DNA of 64,000 bases, from NCBI GenBank assembly GCA_903828955.1, contig CAIKOA010000006.1:441-64440 (forward strand), given 5' to 3'. This document shows, piece after piece, positions 20,801 to 30,064 of this stretch. Source of the stretch: an uncultured Candidatus Micrarchaeota archaeon (GTDB taxonomy: Archaea; Micrarchaeota; Micrarchaeia; Anstonellales; Bilamarchaeaceae). The notes under the pieces were generated by a model. That model was not told the DNA's origin and made no database searches. It was given only the letters and a program-made list of their open reading frames with translations. Within the stretch, counting starts at the first letter, position 1. Each line of letters starts with the position of its first letter. A program made the position numbers and the translations under genes.

Positions 20801-22566
20801 TGCTTGATTTGTGCTGTTTCCGGATCCCTGTTGAACTGGCCAAAAAGGCTGGTGTCGCTAAGCCCGGGTTTCGAACCAGTGCCTTCGCCTTGGTTTCCTG
20901 CAACTCCCAATCCAACCGGGCGCTCATCGCTCCCAATTGCTCCGGAAGCAATTATTTGGGTTCCATCCCGTTTTACAGCGGGGGTTTCCCCTCTAGCAAC
21001 ATCATCCAACCCAGCTTCAGGGTCTGCAGCCCGAAGCCCAAGTGCGGTTCTTTCCCTGGTTCTTGCACCCTTCCTGCCGGTCCCCATTACGTGGGCCGCC
21101 CCCCTTTCCTCACTTCTATAGAACCTAGCCACATCAACTCTTCCATCCGGCCTTGAGAATGGAGCAAATGCGCCCCTATCCCCCTGCTCGAAGAACACAT
21201 CTTCTGGCCGGGCGCTCTCGCCTTCGCCTTCTGCACCCCCCTCCTCAGATGAGGAAGGACCCGGCGTGCGCGGAAGCGCGCTCGGCCTTTTCGGCTGGAT
21301 TGGCTCCTTTGCGGGCTGCGCAGTTGCCTCAGCCTCTCTGTTTGCTGCAAGAAGATCGAGATGGGTCGCCTGTATCATAAGATCCATCTTCGCGCCAGTC
21401 AGTGCCCTGAGCCCTTCTTCATCACTAAGCCCCGCCTGCCTAAGTTTAACGAGGTATTCCAAATACCATTTTCCCATCTCTGTTCTCTTTGACCTGTCTT
21501 TGGTGGACATGGTGTCTGCCTGCTCACTTCTTTCCTTCGCCATCGTCCTGAGCTCATCCGGAGAGAGTTCGTCCAGCCTTGCAATCTTTTCCCTTTCCTC
21601 ATCCCCAAGCGGAGTGAGCAAAAGCCCTCCGGCTGCGATTTTTTCAAGCTCAGTATCCGGCGCGCGAGCAACAGGCTCAGGCTTTGCCGTGGGCCTTCCA
21701 TCAATAGAATCATTCTCTGCCCCCCCTTCCCTCGGAAGCGGAGGCGGCTCTGCATCAGTATCTGCCTTTTCCCCGCCAAGATGCTCTGCCATCCATTCAG
21801 GCTCTTCAAGCGCAGTATCATCAAGTTGCGCCCTTGCAACCACATCACTTTCTTCAACCACTACTTCTTCATCTTGTTCTGGAGCGTGCGCTTCCCCTTC
21901 AACACCATCCACTTCTGCAGGAGCACCGAACTCTTTGTCTATTTCGCTTCCAATATCCCTGTCCTGTTCAGCCGCACCCAAAAGCGCTGCTGAAAGTGAG
22001 TCAGAATCCATCTCTACCGTTGGCCTTTCCCCATGCGCCCTCATTGCACTTGCAACAACTTCCGCATCCATCACAACGGAGAGTTCATTCACTTCTTCTT
22101 CACGAATCAGTTCAACCACGTCAGGATCTTCAGAAAGCCCTTCCTTTGTAAGCGCTTCAACATACCGGACAAGCCTTGCCCCGTGCATTGCCATGTCACT
22201 CTTCTTTCCCGCATCCCTTGCTTCGAAATATTTTTCCCTCGCAGCCCTTGCCGCATCGATAATTCTCTGCTGGTAAACGGTCCTTGCGGCCCCTTCCCCA
22301 TCCATGAACACTTCGCTGTCCCCTTCCCTGCGCGCAAGTATCTCCGAAACTTCGCTTGTCCCCTGGCTTCCGCTAAGGATGAAAGTACTGGATATCGCCT
22401 CTCCCCTCCCGCTTTCGCTATCCTCTTTTCCATCTCCGCCGAAATCTTCCATCATCAAGCTTCCGAAAGAGACTGGTTTCTCGCCGCCGCTAGCCGCCTC
22501 ATCGTTAAGAGTTCCGCCTGCTGCATCGGCACCTGTTTTCTTGCGCTGATCCTCCATAAATATCAC
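17857..22566 (-). CDS. Very large acidic low-complexity single-pass membrane protein (orphan)
   Basis: 1569-aa uninterrupted ORF, E/A/G-rich, with one hydrophobic segment (SIGTAITMAVGAGVLATGLWLG). Confidence 0.75.
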   Translation of the reverse strand: MIFMEDQRKKTGADAAGGTLNDEAASGGEKPVSFGSLMMEDFGGDGKEDSESGRGEAISSTFILSGSQGTSEVSEILARREGDSEVFMDGEGAARTVYQQRIIDAARAAREKYFEARDAGKKSDMAMHGARLVRYVEALTKEGLSEDPDVVELIREEEVNELSVVMDAEVVASAMRAHGERPTVEMDSDSLSAALLGAAEQDRDIGSEIDKEFGAPAEVDGVEGEAHAPEQDEEVVVEESDVVARAQLDDTALEEPEWMAEHLGGEKADTDAEPPPLPREGGAENDSIDGRPTAKPEPVARAPDTELEKIAAGGLLLTPLGDEEREKIARLDELSPDELRTMAKERSEQADTMSTKDRSKRTEMGKWYLEYLVKLRQAGLSDEEGLRALTGAKMDLMIQATHLDLLAANREAEATAQPAKEPIQPKRPSALPRTPGPSSSEEGGAEGEGESARPEDVFFEQGDRGAFAPFSRPDGRVDVARFYRSEERGAAHVMGTGRKGARTRERTALGLRAADPEAGLDDVARGETPAVKRDGTQIIASGAIGSDERPVGLGVAGNQGEGTGSKPGLSDTSLFGQFNRDPETAQIKQEGSGALNIRHIEELSGAKPITDPVSQRIPTGQLRAVRELAGVLEGTGSVSPGQMSDELRAVQAAAARAAAEPAAGEDLGKTKVVAPEAVSAVDGKQKVWGERAFAETHISPEAAASGGAVRGEGKLGATKNEKPEEDFSIYGDIFYAVEKVYMESSGIPAELNELNNFAKLLPDAIEKARKLPSVATEKRGETLVADGEGAGAPPSVPKNKKGETLVASAERARVARLEKFNADFFEIPKGKDGPERSFLAYTQWLAEKKREYSQISDVHELLSKALAGDFTKENARGISPGEYGRVALMRLCNAAIKSGTLDDNETGRVEQLREMLEPVDRGGTDLYEPVLAADNVHEMIVGFATKQERARVRQLEQDLEKYKITAAEYELKRDMMAKVLAEVLVSSRNAELDSAKTKARVKEAIMALAPDDPFERSKYMDLIKDAQAGAGGEAGKDIRKAAEKAAATVDIPPEEAARIKAEAGRVAAQPKPGPATPIGRPSALTPDQLREALYGTDPRRRPQAHAVPAQRAAPKQHGPVARSIGTAITMAVGAGVLATGLWLGQNGIITLGTRADEAAQKPVAAQVEKVAEESSVELPAGLVDAGKASAKKDAGNKAAVAPISKKDAGANADSGFAPDSGVDRVIKAVREAQPVQPPVAVEKHARDKTGLKAALDDWCREGHGLLVSKEMLRAAYASVEGGLDGKVLPEDVEWVPLMLKMKFPNRMIELSVMSDLARSEIDAIEKYAALMRLSIVLGDRAGNPRTFPTTIKESNAKGVSLPPLDKESHMGKIESAKSGERCLFAAYHETVTVRMAQIEKEALESGMSKKEFRAAVSEVLGKNAERIMKLYDSSNYQANQEEREGACKALTGGKRGSAALERALNFVLPKWEASHQRAKAKIEKHQKEVDSIIGPAPKGTNAPKANVKKAKKASPCAGKQGLNYFSCVSEQNQKKLEEAAKIGDKKMHAPKKGKEAGSASKAPHGPVRY

Positions 22567-22727
22567 TATTTTACTAGTATATTATAGGTAGGAAACATTT
22601 ATAAACGCTTTCTCACACACTTTTAGCCCTCCCACCGCCATAAACCCCCCTCTTTTTCAATTTCCACACCTATTCATTCTCTACATCTATAATAGAGATA
22701 TAAGGCTTTGCCCGCATTTTATTCCCC

Positions 22728-22982
22728 ATGGAAAAGCGGGAAAAAGAGCGCTCCGAAAAGAGCCTCCTCAAGCTTGAGCAGCGCCTGCAGGATGCGGAAA
22801 AACTAGGCTTCAAACTGAAATATTCCAAAATATTCTCCCTTGCCTCCCAATATGCAAAGGATTCCCGCCACTATTTTGAAAAGGGCGATTTCTTCACCTC
22901 CTTTGGCTGCTCGGATTATGCCTACGGGCTCATAGACGCCCTCCTCATATTTGAAGGAAAGAAAGGTGAATTCCCGGAATGA
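22728..22982 (+). CDS. DUF357-like small archaeal protein
   Basis: LASQYAKDSRHYFEKGDFFTSFGCSDYAYGLIDA pattern. Confidence 0.8.
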   Translation: MEKREKERSEKSLLKLEQRLQDAEKLGFKLKYSKIFSLASQYAKDSRHYFEKGDFFTSFGCSDYAYGLIDALLIFEGKKGEFPE

Positions 22983-23716
22983 TTCTCAAAAAGCGCCTTG
23001 GCCAGCATTTCCTAAACAGCCCCCACCTCTTGGAATACGAGGCAGCCCTCGCAAACCCAAAAGGGAGAAAAACCTTGGAAATCGGCCCCGGGGACGGAAG
23101 GCTCACAAAATTCCTCCTTGCGCAAAAACCCTCCTCGCTCACCGTGGTTGAAAAGGATTCCCGCTTCGCAGAGCACATCCGGCAAACCCTCCCGGAAGTT
23201 AAGGTAATTGAGGGAGATTTCCTTGAGCAGGAAAACCTAAACGCAGAAGTAATAGTTGGAAATATCCCTTACTACATCTCATCTCCCATCCTCTTCAAGA
23301 TTGCTGAAATGGATTTCCGCCACGCAGTCCTCATGGTCCAATTGGAATTCGCAAAAAGAATGGTCGCAAGGCCCAAAACAAGCGAATACGGCCGCCTTTC
23401 CGTAACAACGCAACTCTATTTCGACATAAAGCTCCTAAAAAAAGTAAGCAAGGGCGCCTTCACCCCTCCTCCCGAAGTGGATTCCGCAATCATCCTTCTC
23501 CGCAAAAAGCAGTTCAAAATGGAAAAAGGCCTGGATAAATTCATCCAGATAATTTTCCAGCACAAAAACCAGAATATAAAAAAAGCGCTCAAGCACGGAG
23601 GAATAGAAATTCCCGCAGAGCTCGAGCTCCCGCAAAGGCGCGCAAGGGAACTAAGCAAGGAAGAAATACTCACTTTATACGAAAACAAAAAGCTCAGGGC
23701 TTTGCTTCAACCGTAA
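22979..23716 (+). CDS. ksgA: 16S rRNA adenine dimethyltransferase KsgA/Dim1
   Basis: KRLGQHFL, LEIGPGDG, GNIPYYISS, EYGRLSV, FTPPPEVDSA. Confidence 0.95.
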   Translation: MILKKRLGQHFLNSPHLLEYEAALANPKGRKTLEIGPGDGRLTKFLLAQKPSSLTVVEKDSRFAEHIRQTLPEVKVIEGDFLEQENLNAEVIVGNIPYYISSPILFKIAEMDFRHAVLMVQLEFAKRMVARPKTSEYGRLSVTTQLYFDIKLLKKVSKGAFTPPPEVDSAIILLRKKQFKMEKGLDKFIQIIFQHKNQNIKKALKHGGIEIPAELELPQRRARELSKEEILTLYENKKLRALLQP

Positions 23717-24026
23717 TGTTTGCCCCGCCTTCAGTAGTAAGCCGGGCAGGCGTATTGGAAGCTGCGTACTCAAAAGTAATCCTCTGGTTGGACGGCACAT
23801 TCTCCCTCACAAATACAAGGTTTTCCCCTCCCGCCTTATCCTGCACCATTATCCTTTTCAGATTCACAAACGGCTCAACAATAACTACGCTTTTTCCATC
23901 CTTTATCTTCTTCTCGAATTTAACCGAGCTTGCGCCCTTCCCGAAGAAAAGGTAGAATGCAAAAATCGCAACCACTAATGCAAAAAGAAGGAACGCGCCT
24001 ATAAGCAAAATCCCGACTATGTCCAT
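23694..24026 (-). CDS. Small membrane-anchored hypothetical protein
   Basis: N-terminal TM helix; last gene of the minus-strand operon, coupled to the PIN gene. Confidence 0.6.
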   Translation of the reverse strand: MDIVGILLIGAFLLFALVVAIFAFYLFFGKGASSVKFEKKIKDGKSVVIVEPFVNLKRIMVQDKAGGENLVFVRENVPSNQRITFEYAASNTPARLTTEGGANITVEAKP

Positions 24027-24410
24027 TCATACCACCCCAATCCCGCTTCGGGAGCGGAGCGATATCACTTTCACGCGCCTGTTTTTTAACCTATTCCTGA
24101 GCGCCCGGTCGTTTGTGGCAACCAATGCCTCTTCCCTCACCGCATACTCAAATATCCAGTTGTCCACATTTCCTTCGCCCGGAACAACCGTGCACTTATT
24201 CTTTCCAATAAGCTTTTTCGCAAACCTCGCAGCCGCGCCTTCCTTCCCTTTCCCCTTTCCGAGCCTCTCCAGTTCCCCAATTACCCCGCTAGGAATGATG
24301 AACTCGTGCGGAACCTCCAGCACTCTTTCTATCTCCACAAAAACATCAATCCCGAACTGATAGGGCACAAGCAGAAAATTCGTATCCAATACCACTTTCT
24401 TTGCGCTCAT
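24027..24410 (-). CDS. PIN-domain protein (Fcf1/Utp24-like)
   Basis: VVLDTNFL, VIGEL, VD, VATND acidic PIN motifs. Confidence 0.85.
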   Translation of the reverse strand: MSAKKVVLDTNFLLVPYQFGIDVFVEIERVLEVPHEFIIPSGVIGELERLGKGKGKEGAAARFAKKLIGKNKCTVVPGEGNVDNWIFEYAVREEALVATNDRALRNRLKNRRVKVISLRSRSGIGVV

Positions 24411-26017
24411 GAGAGTATTTCCCCCACAATTTTTTCCGCATCAAACCTTTCAATGTCCCCATAGCCCTGCCCGGTCCCCACATACAATATGGGAAGCCCG
24501 GTAACCCTTGTCACGGAAACAACAGTTCCGCCCTTTGCGTCGCAATCCAGTTTGGTGAGCACAACCCCATCCAACTTAATCTCATTGTGGAATGCGGAGA
24601 TCTGCTCCACCATCGCGTTTCCCGCAATGCTTTCTCCCACGTAAATTTTCAATTCCGGAGCGATTACCCTGTCCATTTTCTTCAATTGGTTGAGCAGGTT
24701 CACATTCGTTTCCTGCCTTCCCGCAGTATCTATCAAAACAATATCCATCCCATGCGTTTTTGCATGGTTCACCGCATCAAACGCAATGGATGCCGGGTCC
24801 GCCCCATAAGCCCCGTGCACAACGTTTATCCCCAATTTCTTCCCGTGGTGCACCATCTGCTCAACCGCGGCAGCCCTGAAAGTGTCCGCAGCTGCGATGC
24901 AAACCCTGAACCCATTTTGCTGCAATAGGTACGCAATCTTCGCAATGCTCGTGGTTTTCCCTGACCCGTTCGGGCCCATCACCATTATCTTCACCGGCTT
25001 CTGCATTCCGCGCAGCTTCTCAACCAAATCAAATCCCGGGCTCTCATTGAACATATTGATTAGTATCTCCTGGAGGTTGTCGCGCACAAAGACCGCGGTC
25101 TGCCCGCGCTTCACCTTTGCGCCAACAATCCTCTTCTGCAGTTCCACCTTTATCTCTTCGGCAACCGAGAGCGCCACATCGCTTTCCAGCATTCCCAGCT
25201 CCAATTCATCCAGGAGCTCGGCAATCTCCTCTTCCTTGATCTGGCTTTCCCCGGTAATCGTTTCCGCAACCGCAGCAAAAATGCTCTTCTTAACTTTCTT
25301 GTCCAGCTCTTTCTTCCGCTCCGCCTCCCTCTCTTCCAAATCCTCTTCCCTTCGCGCCTCCTTTTTCTCAACAAGTGGAATAATCGGTTTTGGTGGAGCA
25401 GGCTTCGGAGCCGCCTGCACCGGTTTTTCCTGAACTCTAATTTCAGGTTTTACTTCTACTTCAGGGGCAGGTTTGCTAATCTGAGGGGGGATTGGCTTGC
25501 TAATTTGCGCAGGAGCAACCGGCTTTTTTTCAGGCTCAGCCGCCTTAGGCGCCGCCCATACCTCCTTCTCCTTTCTCAGGGGGGTCGGCTCTTCCTTCAC
25601 TTCCACTGCTTTTTTCGGAGCCTCAATTTTAAGCGGGATTTCCTTTTTCAGTGGAGGCGCAGCCTTCTCCACAGGCCTTTCCTCCCCCCTAACATGCTTG
25701 ATTTCAATTTGAACCGGCTTCTCTTTTTTCTCTTCCGGCTTTTTTTCTTCTAAAATTTCAACTTTCTCCGTTTCTTTTTTCTGCGGGGCCCCAGCCTTTT
25801 CTTCAAACGTTTCAATTTCCGGCTCTTCCCCCGCAACAATCTCTTCATTTTCAGGAGAAACCGAAATCTCCGGCTCCTCTTCCTCAAACTGAGCCTCAAC
25901 CTCTTTCTCAACAACCAGTTCCTCTTCCGGGGCGGCCTCTTTCTTCTCGCTCTCCGGGCCTTTCCCGCTGAGCTTATCGACAAAACCGCTTATTTTTTTC
26001 CGAAGGAGGTCAAACAC
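24407..26017 (-). CDS. ftsY: SRP receptor FtsY
   Basis: Long acidic/Pro-rich A domain, GPNGSGKTTSIAK, DTFRAAA, DTAGR, TKLDCDAKGG, GTGQ. Confidence 0.95.
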   Translation of the reverse strand: MFDLLRKKISGFVDKLSGKGPESEKKEAAPEEELVVEKEVEAQFEEEEPEISVSPENEEIVAGEEPEIETFEEKAGAPQKKETEKVEILEEKKPEEKKEKPVQIEIKHVRGEERPVEKAAPPLKKEIPLKIEAPKKAVEVKEEPTPLRKEKEVWAAPKAAEPEKKPVAPAQISKPIPPQISKPAPEVEVKPEIRVQEKPVQAAPKPAPPKPIIPLVEKKEARREEDLEEREAERKKELDKKVKKSIFAAVAETITGESQIKEEEIAELLDELELGMLESDVALSVAEEIKVELQKRIVGAKVKRGQTAVFVRDNLQEILINMFNESPGFDLVEKLRGMQKPVKIMVMGPNGSGKTTSIAKIAYLLQQNGFRVCIAAADTFRAAAVEQMVHHGKKLGINVVHGAYGADPASIAFDAVNHAKTHGMDIVLIDTAGRQETNVNLLNQLKKMDRVIAPELKIYVGESIAGNAMVEQISAFHNEIKLDGVVLTKLDCDAKGGTVVSVTRVTGLPILYVGTGQGYGDIERFDAEKIVGEILS

Positions 26018-26023
26018 AGAACC

Positions 26024-26404
26024 TCAACCCTTCAACTTCCTATATTCTTCCTCAAGATGGGCCATCTCGTGGTCTATTTTCCCTAGCTCTTCCCTGAGCC
26101 TGGTAATCGCCTTCTCGGTGAGCACGACTCTTTTCGCAATTTCCTCCCCTGCTTCTTTGAGGGGGTATTCCGCATGGTAGCCCGCGCCTATCGGAACAAA
26201 CACCTTGTCCCCTTCCATTTTTGCCTTCACGAACGCCCCGCCTCCAATAGGCACAAGCGAACTCTCGCCCTTCATACCCGTTATCGTCATCACTGAATTA
26301 TTCAATTCAATGAGGGAATACATGAGCTTCTCGAGCTCTCTCTCCACAAGCTGCCTCTGCTGGTTGTAGAGCCTTGCGTTTGCAAGAATTTCCTCCTGCT
26401 TCAT
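26024..26404 (-). CDS. pfdA: Prefoldin alpha subunit
   Basis: LVPIGGGAFV...VPIGAGY hairpins between coiled coils; conserved position before ftsY. Confidence 0.9.
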   Translation of the reverse strand: MKQEEILANARLYNQQRQLVERELEKLMYSLIELNNSVMTITGMKGESSLVPIGGGAFVKAKMEGDKVFVPIGAGYHAEYPLKEAGEEIAKRVVLTEKAITRLREELGKIDHEMAHLEEEYRKLKG

Positions 26405-26406
26405 GT

Positions 26407-26583
26407 TCAGGCCACCTTGGAGATTTCAGCTATCTTCACGTTTCTCCTTTTGGTTCCGTTCTGCGCGCCGAGGAGCTTGTAGAGCATCTCGACCGCGTGC
26501 CCTTCGCTTTCCGCTTCCACTTCCTTGGCAAATTTCCTTTTTTGCGCGCCAAGCTTGATTTCCCCGCTCATCTTAAATTTCAT
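26407..26583 (-). CDS. rpl18a: 50S ribosomal protein L18Ae (LX)
   Basis: MKFKMSG...FAKEVEAESEGHAVEMLYKLLG...KRRNVKI; start at ATG 26583; synteny. Confidence 0.85.
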   Translation of the reverse strand: MKFKMSGEIKLGAQKRKFAKEVEAESEGHAVEMLYKLLGAQNGTKRRNVKIAEISKVA

Positions 26584-26605
26584 AGTTCTCACCAATATTT
26601 TAACA

Positions 26606-27286
26606 TCAATCCAGGAACCCGAGCGCCTCCTCAACCCTTCCGAGTTCAAACGCGCTCGTCTTGTCCCCTGCAAAATACCCATTGTCCGTTGCAAGCATCC
26701 CTACGCGCACAAACCCGTTTCCAAGGTTTACCGAGCCGGGCATTCCCTTCACTTTGAGGGCTCCCCCTATTTCCCGAAGTTCCTTCTCGCTTGCCGCATA
26801 GTGCACAAGGAATCCCTTGTTGTTTGCAATGCAAAGGGAGCCCACCGTAGTAAAGCCCGCAATCCCCATTGGAACCAATTCAATCCCGAGGCACTCTTCC
26901 ATCGCCTTCTTCTCCGCCTCATGCACGCGCGGGCTGATTATCCCGCCCATGTCGTTCAACGCAATATTATTCCCGTGCGCATTGAGTTTTTCTTTTGAAG
27001 CATAAACCGAAATCCCGGTTTCCTTCTCAAGCCTCCTTTGTTCATCAGCGGATACAAACTTGGGGACGACCATTCCGTTCGCATTCATCGCAATGTACAA
27101 TCCGTTCAAGTTCGTCCCCTCGATGTTTGCAATCACCGGGTTGGTGCCCAGGCTTTTGCATACATTCTCAACCAGTTTCTCAGGAGTATCGTTAGGGAAG
27201 AGGGTGGACTTTCCGTTTGTGCGGAAGAAAAGCCCGATGAAGGGATTCCCGAAGTATGCCGCCCTCTTAAGATGCTCCATCTTCAA
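26606..27286 (-). CDS. eif6: Translation initiation factor 6 (aIF6)
   Basis: GNPFIGLF, GNNIALND, GSVNLG, TSAFELGRVEEALG. Confidence 0.92.
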   Translation of the reverse strand: MKMEHLKRAAYFGNPFIGLFFRTNGKSTLFPNDTPEKLVENVCKSLGTNPVIANIEGTNLNGLYIAMNANGMVVPKFVSADEQRRLEKETGISVYASKEKLNAHGNNIALNDMGGIISPRVHEAEKKAMEECLGIELVPMGIAGFTTVGSLCIANNKGFLVHYAASEKELREIGGALKVKGMPGSVNLGNGFVRVGMLATDNGYFAGDKTSAFELGRVEEALGFLD

Positions 27287-27720
27287 TCCGCCATGCGCTG
27301 GGGCTGGTGCATTTGTTTTGGCGCAGGTGCAGGCCTTGGGGCCTCTTTCCTCTCAGGGGCAGGAGCCGCTTTCTCTGCGGGTTTCTCCTTCTCTTCCTTC
27401 TTCTCCCCTTTCTTTTCAGCCCCGCCTTTCTGCACTACTGTTTTCGCAACATCCTCAGGTTTCTCTTCCATGAGCATTACAAGCGTGCGGCCGTCCTTCT
27501 TGAGCGCCCTCACCTTGATTTTCCTTGGCGGCTTCTGCATCCCACGCGCCCAGATAAGCTCGTTCACTCCGGTGCTTATCGCGACGTCATCGGGCTCGGA
27601 CTTCATGTGCCTGCACATGAATTCGCGCAGAAGCTTTACCGCCTTCCTGCTCCTTACACTTCTGCTGCCGTGGTAAGCCTTTGCAAAAGGCACTGTGTAT
27701 ATCCTTTCAAGGTCCGCCAT
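27283..27720 (-). CDS. rpl31e: 50S ribosomal protein L31e with charged C-terminal tail
   Basis: ERIYTVP, RKAVKLLREF, NELIWARGMQKPPRKIKV; start at ATG 27720. Confidence 0.92.
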   Translation of the reverse strand: MADLERIYTVPFAKAYHGSRSVRSRKAVKLLREFMCRHMKSEPDDVAISTGVNELIWARGMQKPPRKIKVRALKKDGRTLVMLMEEKPEDVAKTVVQKGGAEKKGEKKEEKEKPAEKAAPAPERKEAPRPAPAPKQMHQPQRMAD

Positions 27721-27721
27721 T

Positions 27722-27901
27722 TTATTCACCGTCACCTTTTTTCTCGCTTGCCTTTATCTTGTCCGTTCTCCAGTTCCTGTTCTTGTTGTTCCAGACAACT
27801 TTCCTCTTCGTCCTTACAGTCACGAATACAGGAAGCCTCTTGTTCTGCTTGGTCTTTTTCCCAAGCCGTTTCTTTTTTGCCAGGCTCTTGTGTTTTGCCA
27901 T
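27722..27901 (-). CDS. rpl39e: 50S ribosomal protein L39e
   Basis: Not in ORF track. Manual translation MAKHKSLAKKKRLGKKTKQNKRLPVFVTVRTKRKVVWNNKNRNWRTDKIK; synteny. Confidence 0.9.
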   Translation of the reverse strand: MAKHKSLAKKKRLGKKTKQNKRLPVFVTVRTKRKVVWNNKNRNWRTDKIKASEKKGDGE

Positions 27902-27922
27902 TCTAGAATCACCGTTTTTTCT

Positions 27923-28219
27923 TCATTTGAATGTTATCTTTGTTTCCCGCCCCTTTCCCCGGACGGCGCTCAGGAGCGAAAGCAATTCTTCCTCGCTTAT
28001 CTGCCTCCTTACCTTTCCATACGCCCCGAGCACCTGCCGTGCCGCGGCCGCATAGAGCTGCGGGCTTGCGATGCGCACGTTCATCATGCGCGCATACGCC
28101 TTATCCGAAAGCGCAATCCGAAGCGCGCTTTTAAGCTGCCCCTCGATCTTTTTCGTTTCGTTAGCCTGCTGCGCCTCTTCTAGCTTTTTCCTTCGAGCTT
28201 CTTCAAGCTCTTCATCCAC
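27923..28219 (-). CDS. PDCD5-like DNA-binding protein
   Basis: DEELEEARRKKLEE...ALSDKAYARMMNVRIASP...ISEEEL...ETKITFK; GTG start with GGTGA RBS; typical position after rps19e. Confidence 0.85.
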   Translation of the reverse strand: MDEELEEARRKKLEEAQQANETKKIEGQLKSALRIALSDKAYARMMNVRIASPQLYAAAARQVLGAYGKVRRQISEEELLSLLSAVRGKGRETKITFK

Positions 28220-28235
28220 CGTTTTCACCGAAAAA

Positions 28236-28646
28236 TTATTTGGCGAGTTCCCCCGCGCTCTTATCCATGAGTGATTTTCCCTTTGCGGTAAGCTTTCTCC
28301 CCTTAGCGCTCTTATCCATGAGGCCTGCCCCTTCAAGGGCCTGGAATGCCTTCCTTATCGTGGAGCCTCCCGCCGGCACGTGGTGGCTGGGCCGTACTCC
28401 CCTGTCCTTGCTCCCTCCGTAGTGCCTCCTCATCCGTTGCGTTCCCACCGCGTCGTTCACATATGCCTGCCTCATCAGCGAGGCGCACCTGACAAACCAG
28501 AAATCCGGGCTTTCCGGGGGCCGCTCTGCATGCGCCCCGCTCTTTACAATCCCGACGAATGCGGGCTTTTGTATTCCCATTCCCTTGAGCTTGCCTGCTA
28601 CTTTTGCGATGAGGGCATTTGCCCCAACATCAAACGTCCTGACCAT
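28236..28646 (-). CDS. rps19e: 30S ribosomal protein S19e
   Basis: KSGAHAERPP, DFWFVRCASLMR, GTQRMRRHYGG, IRKAFQALE. Confidence 0.95.
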   Translation of the reverse strand: MVRTFDVGANALIAKVAGKLKGMGIQKPAFVGIVKSGAHAERPPESPDFWFVRCASLMRQAYVNDAVGTQRMRRHYGGSKDRGVRPSHHVPAGGSTIRKAFQALEGAGLMDKSAKGRKLTAKGKSLMDKSAGELAK

Positions 28647-28765
28647 TTTTTCACCTATCTTTGTTGCTTTTCAACTAAAAAGCTGAATACTCTAGTTCTG
28701 GATATTTAGTTTATTTATATTTATAAAGATTGCTCCCAGCCTGCTTTCCGCCCAAAACCCCCCAT

Positions 28766-30064
28766 TTAGCGGGAAGTCCCCCATCTTTTATAGTACCAAA
28801 AGGATCCCAGTGCAAGAAGCAAAACCATCATCCCGATCGCCGCAGGGGGCAATATCTTGTGTGCAAGGGTTTCCTCTTCCGGTGCGGGCTTCCCCGGCCG
28901 GTAATACTCAGGATTCCCCGCAGGCTCCCCGGTCTCGCTTAGGCCCCACCGTGTCACTTTCCTGCTGTATATCTCCCTTCCATACTCATGCTTCCCAAGG
29001 AAGAAATCCGTCCCCTCTACAGTTAGGTTGTGCGGCCCCCATCCGGAGTATGTATGGTTTATTTCGTATAGGCGCGAAAAGGGCATGTTCCCCCCAACTA
29101 CCGGATTCGCCCAATACGAAAGGTTGTACCCAGCCATGCTCGCATTCCTGAAATCCACAGTCGGGCTTGAGAATATGTGCCAAACCCCCACCGGGTCCTC
29201 CAAAACCGTGAAGTTGTAAATCTGCGCAGTTGCGGTTTTGTTTCCATCCATGCTTATTTCCGCCTTGTAGATGCTCTTCCTGGAAAACACAAGCGTATCA
29301 AAATGGTTATCCTCATACCATTGCTCCCCGAGCACCGGCTTTGCAAGGAAAAAGCTCGCATTCCCGCTCTCAATTATGAAATTCTTGCTGGAATTCCCCT
29401 GCACCAGTATGTTCCAGTACTGCAGCGGCTCGAAAGTCTCGCTTACGCAGGTGCAGGTTTGCCCCCCATGCCCATCGTCTTCGCATTTAAGGTACTGGTT
29501 TGAAACCACCACCTCGAAATAGTAGGCATATCTCCACTGCAATTCTACAGTGAGGTTCTCAGTCCCGTTCGCGGTTTCCAGTTCCTCATAGGTGAACGGA
29601 ATCCCCACAAGAGGCTCCGGGTTCATATGCTGGCCGTTTGCCTCATCAATCCAGCCATAATCAATCAGCGTTTTGGACCGGGTTGCGTTCCTGAAAGTGA
29701 AGCTCATTATCGCGCTCCGCGAATAGTTGATTAATGCAGGATAATAATAGTCCGTGCACCCGTCGCTGTCCTCTTCGGTCAGGGTTTCGCCGTCCGCATT
29801 CCTTTCGTTCCACGCCCAGAGGATTCCCTGCGCATCACTTGGAATCCGGTCATCCACCTGCGGCATTGCCGCCACTATGCTCATATTCACCTTCGCAGGC
29901 TGTTCCGGGGTGGGCACCCCCAGCGAAATCTTAGGAGTCCCCATCAATCCATTCTCAATCCCCGCATTGTGCGCGTTTACCTCATTTATCGGAGGGTCAG
30001 CGTATGCAAACAAATAGGAAAAAAAGACCAAAAGAAGAACGAAGAGGCATTTCCCTCCCATCAC
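28766..30064 (-). CDS. Secreted/membrane-anchored hypothetical protein
   Basis: Signal peptide, C-terminal TM helix, many sequons. Confidence 0.65.
   Translation of the reverse strand: MMGGKCLFVLLLVFFSYLFAYADPPINEVNAHNAGIENGLMGTPKISLGVPTPEQPAKVNMSIVAAMPQVDDRIPSDAQGILWAWNERNADGETLTEEDSDGCTDYYYPALINYSRSAIMSFTFRNATRSKTLIDYGWIDEANGQHMNPEPLVGIPFTYEELETANGTENLTVELQWRYAYYFEVVVSNQYLKCEDDGHGGQTCTCVSETFEPLQYWNILVQGNSSKNFIIESGNASFFLAKPVLGEQWYEDNHFDTLVFSRKSIYKAEISMDGNKTATAQIYNFTVLEDPVGVWHIFSSPTVDFRNASMAGYNLSYWANPVVGGNMPFSRLYEINHTYSGWGPHNLTVEGTDFFLGKHEYGREIYSRKVTRWGLSETGEPAGNPEYYRPGKPAPEEETLAHKILPPAAIGMMVLLLALGSFWYYKRWGTSR

Noticed and set aside
17875-22587. Long plus-strand ORFs opposite the giant gene, and similar antisense ORFs at 2575-3615 and 58283-59224
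   Set aside because: Shadow frames of real genes, with no motifs.
28255-28322. 17-nt direct repeat in rps19e (LMDKSA twice)
   Set aside because: In frame within a normal-length protein; no sign of an insertion element.
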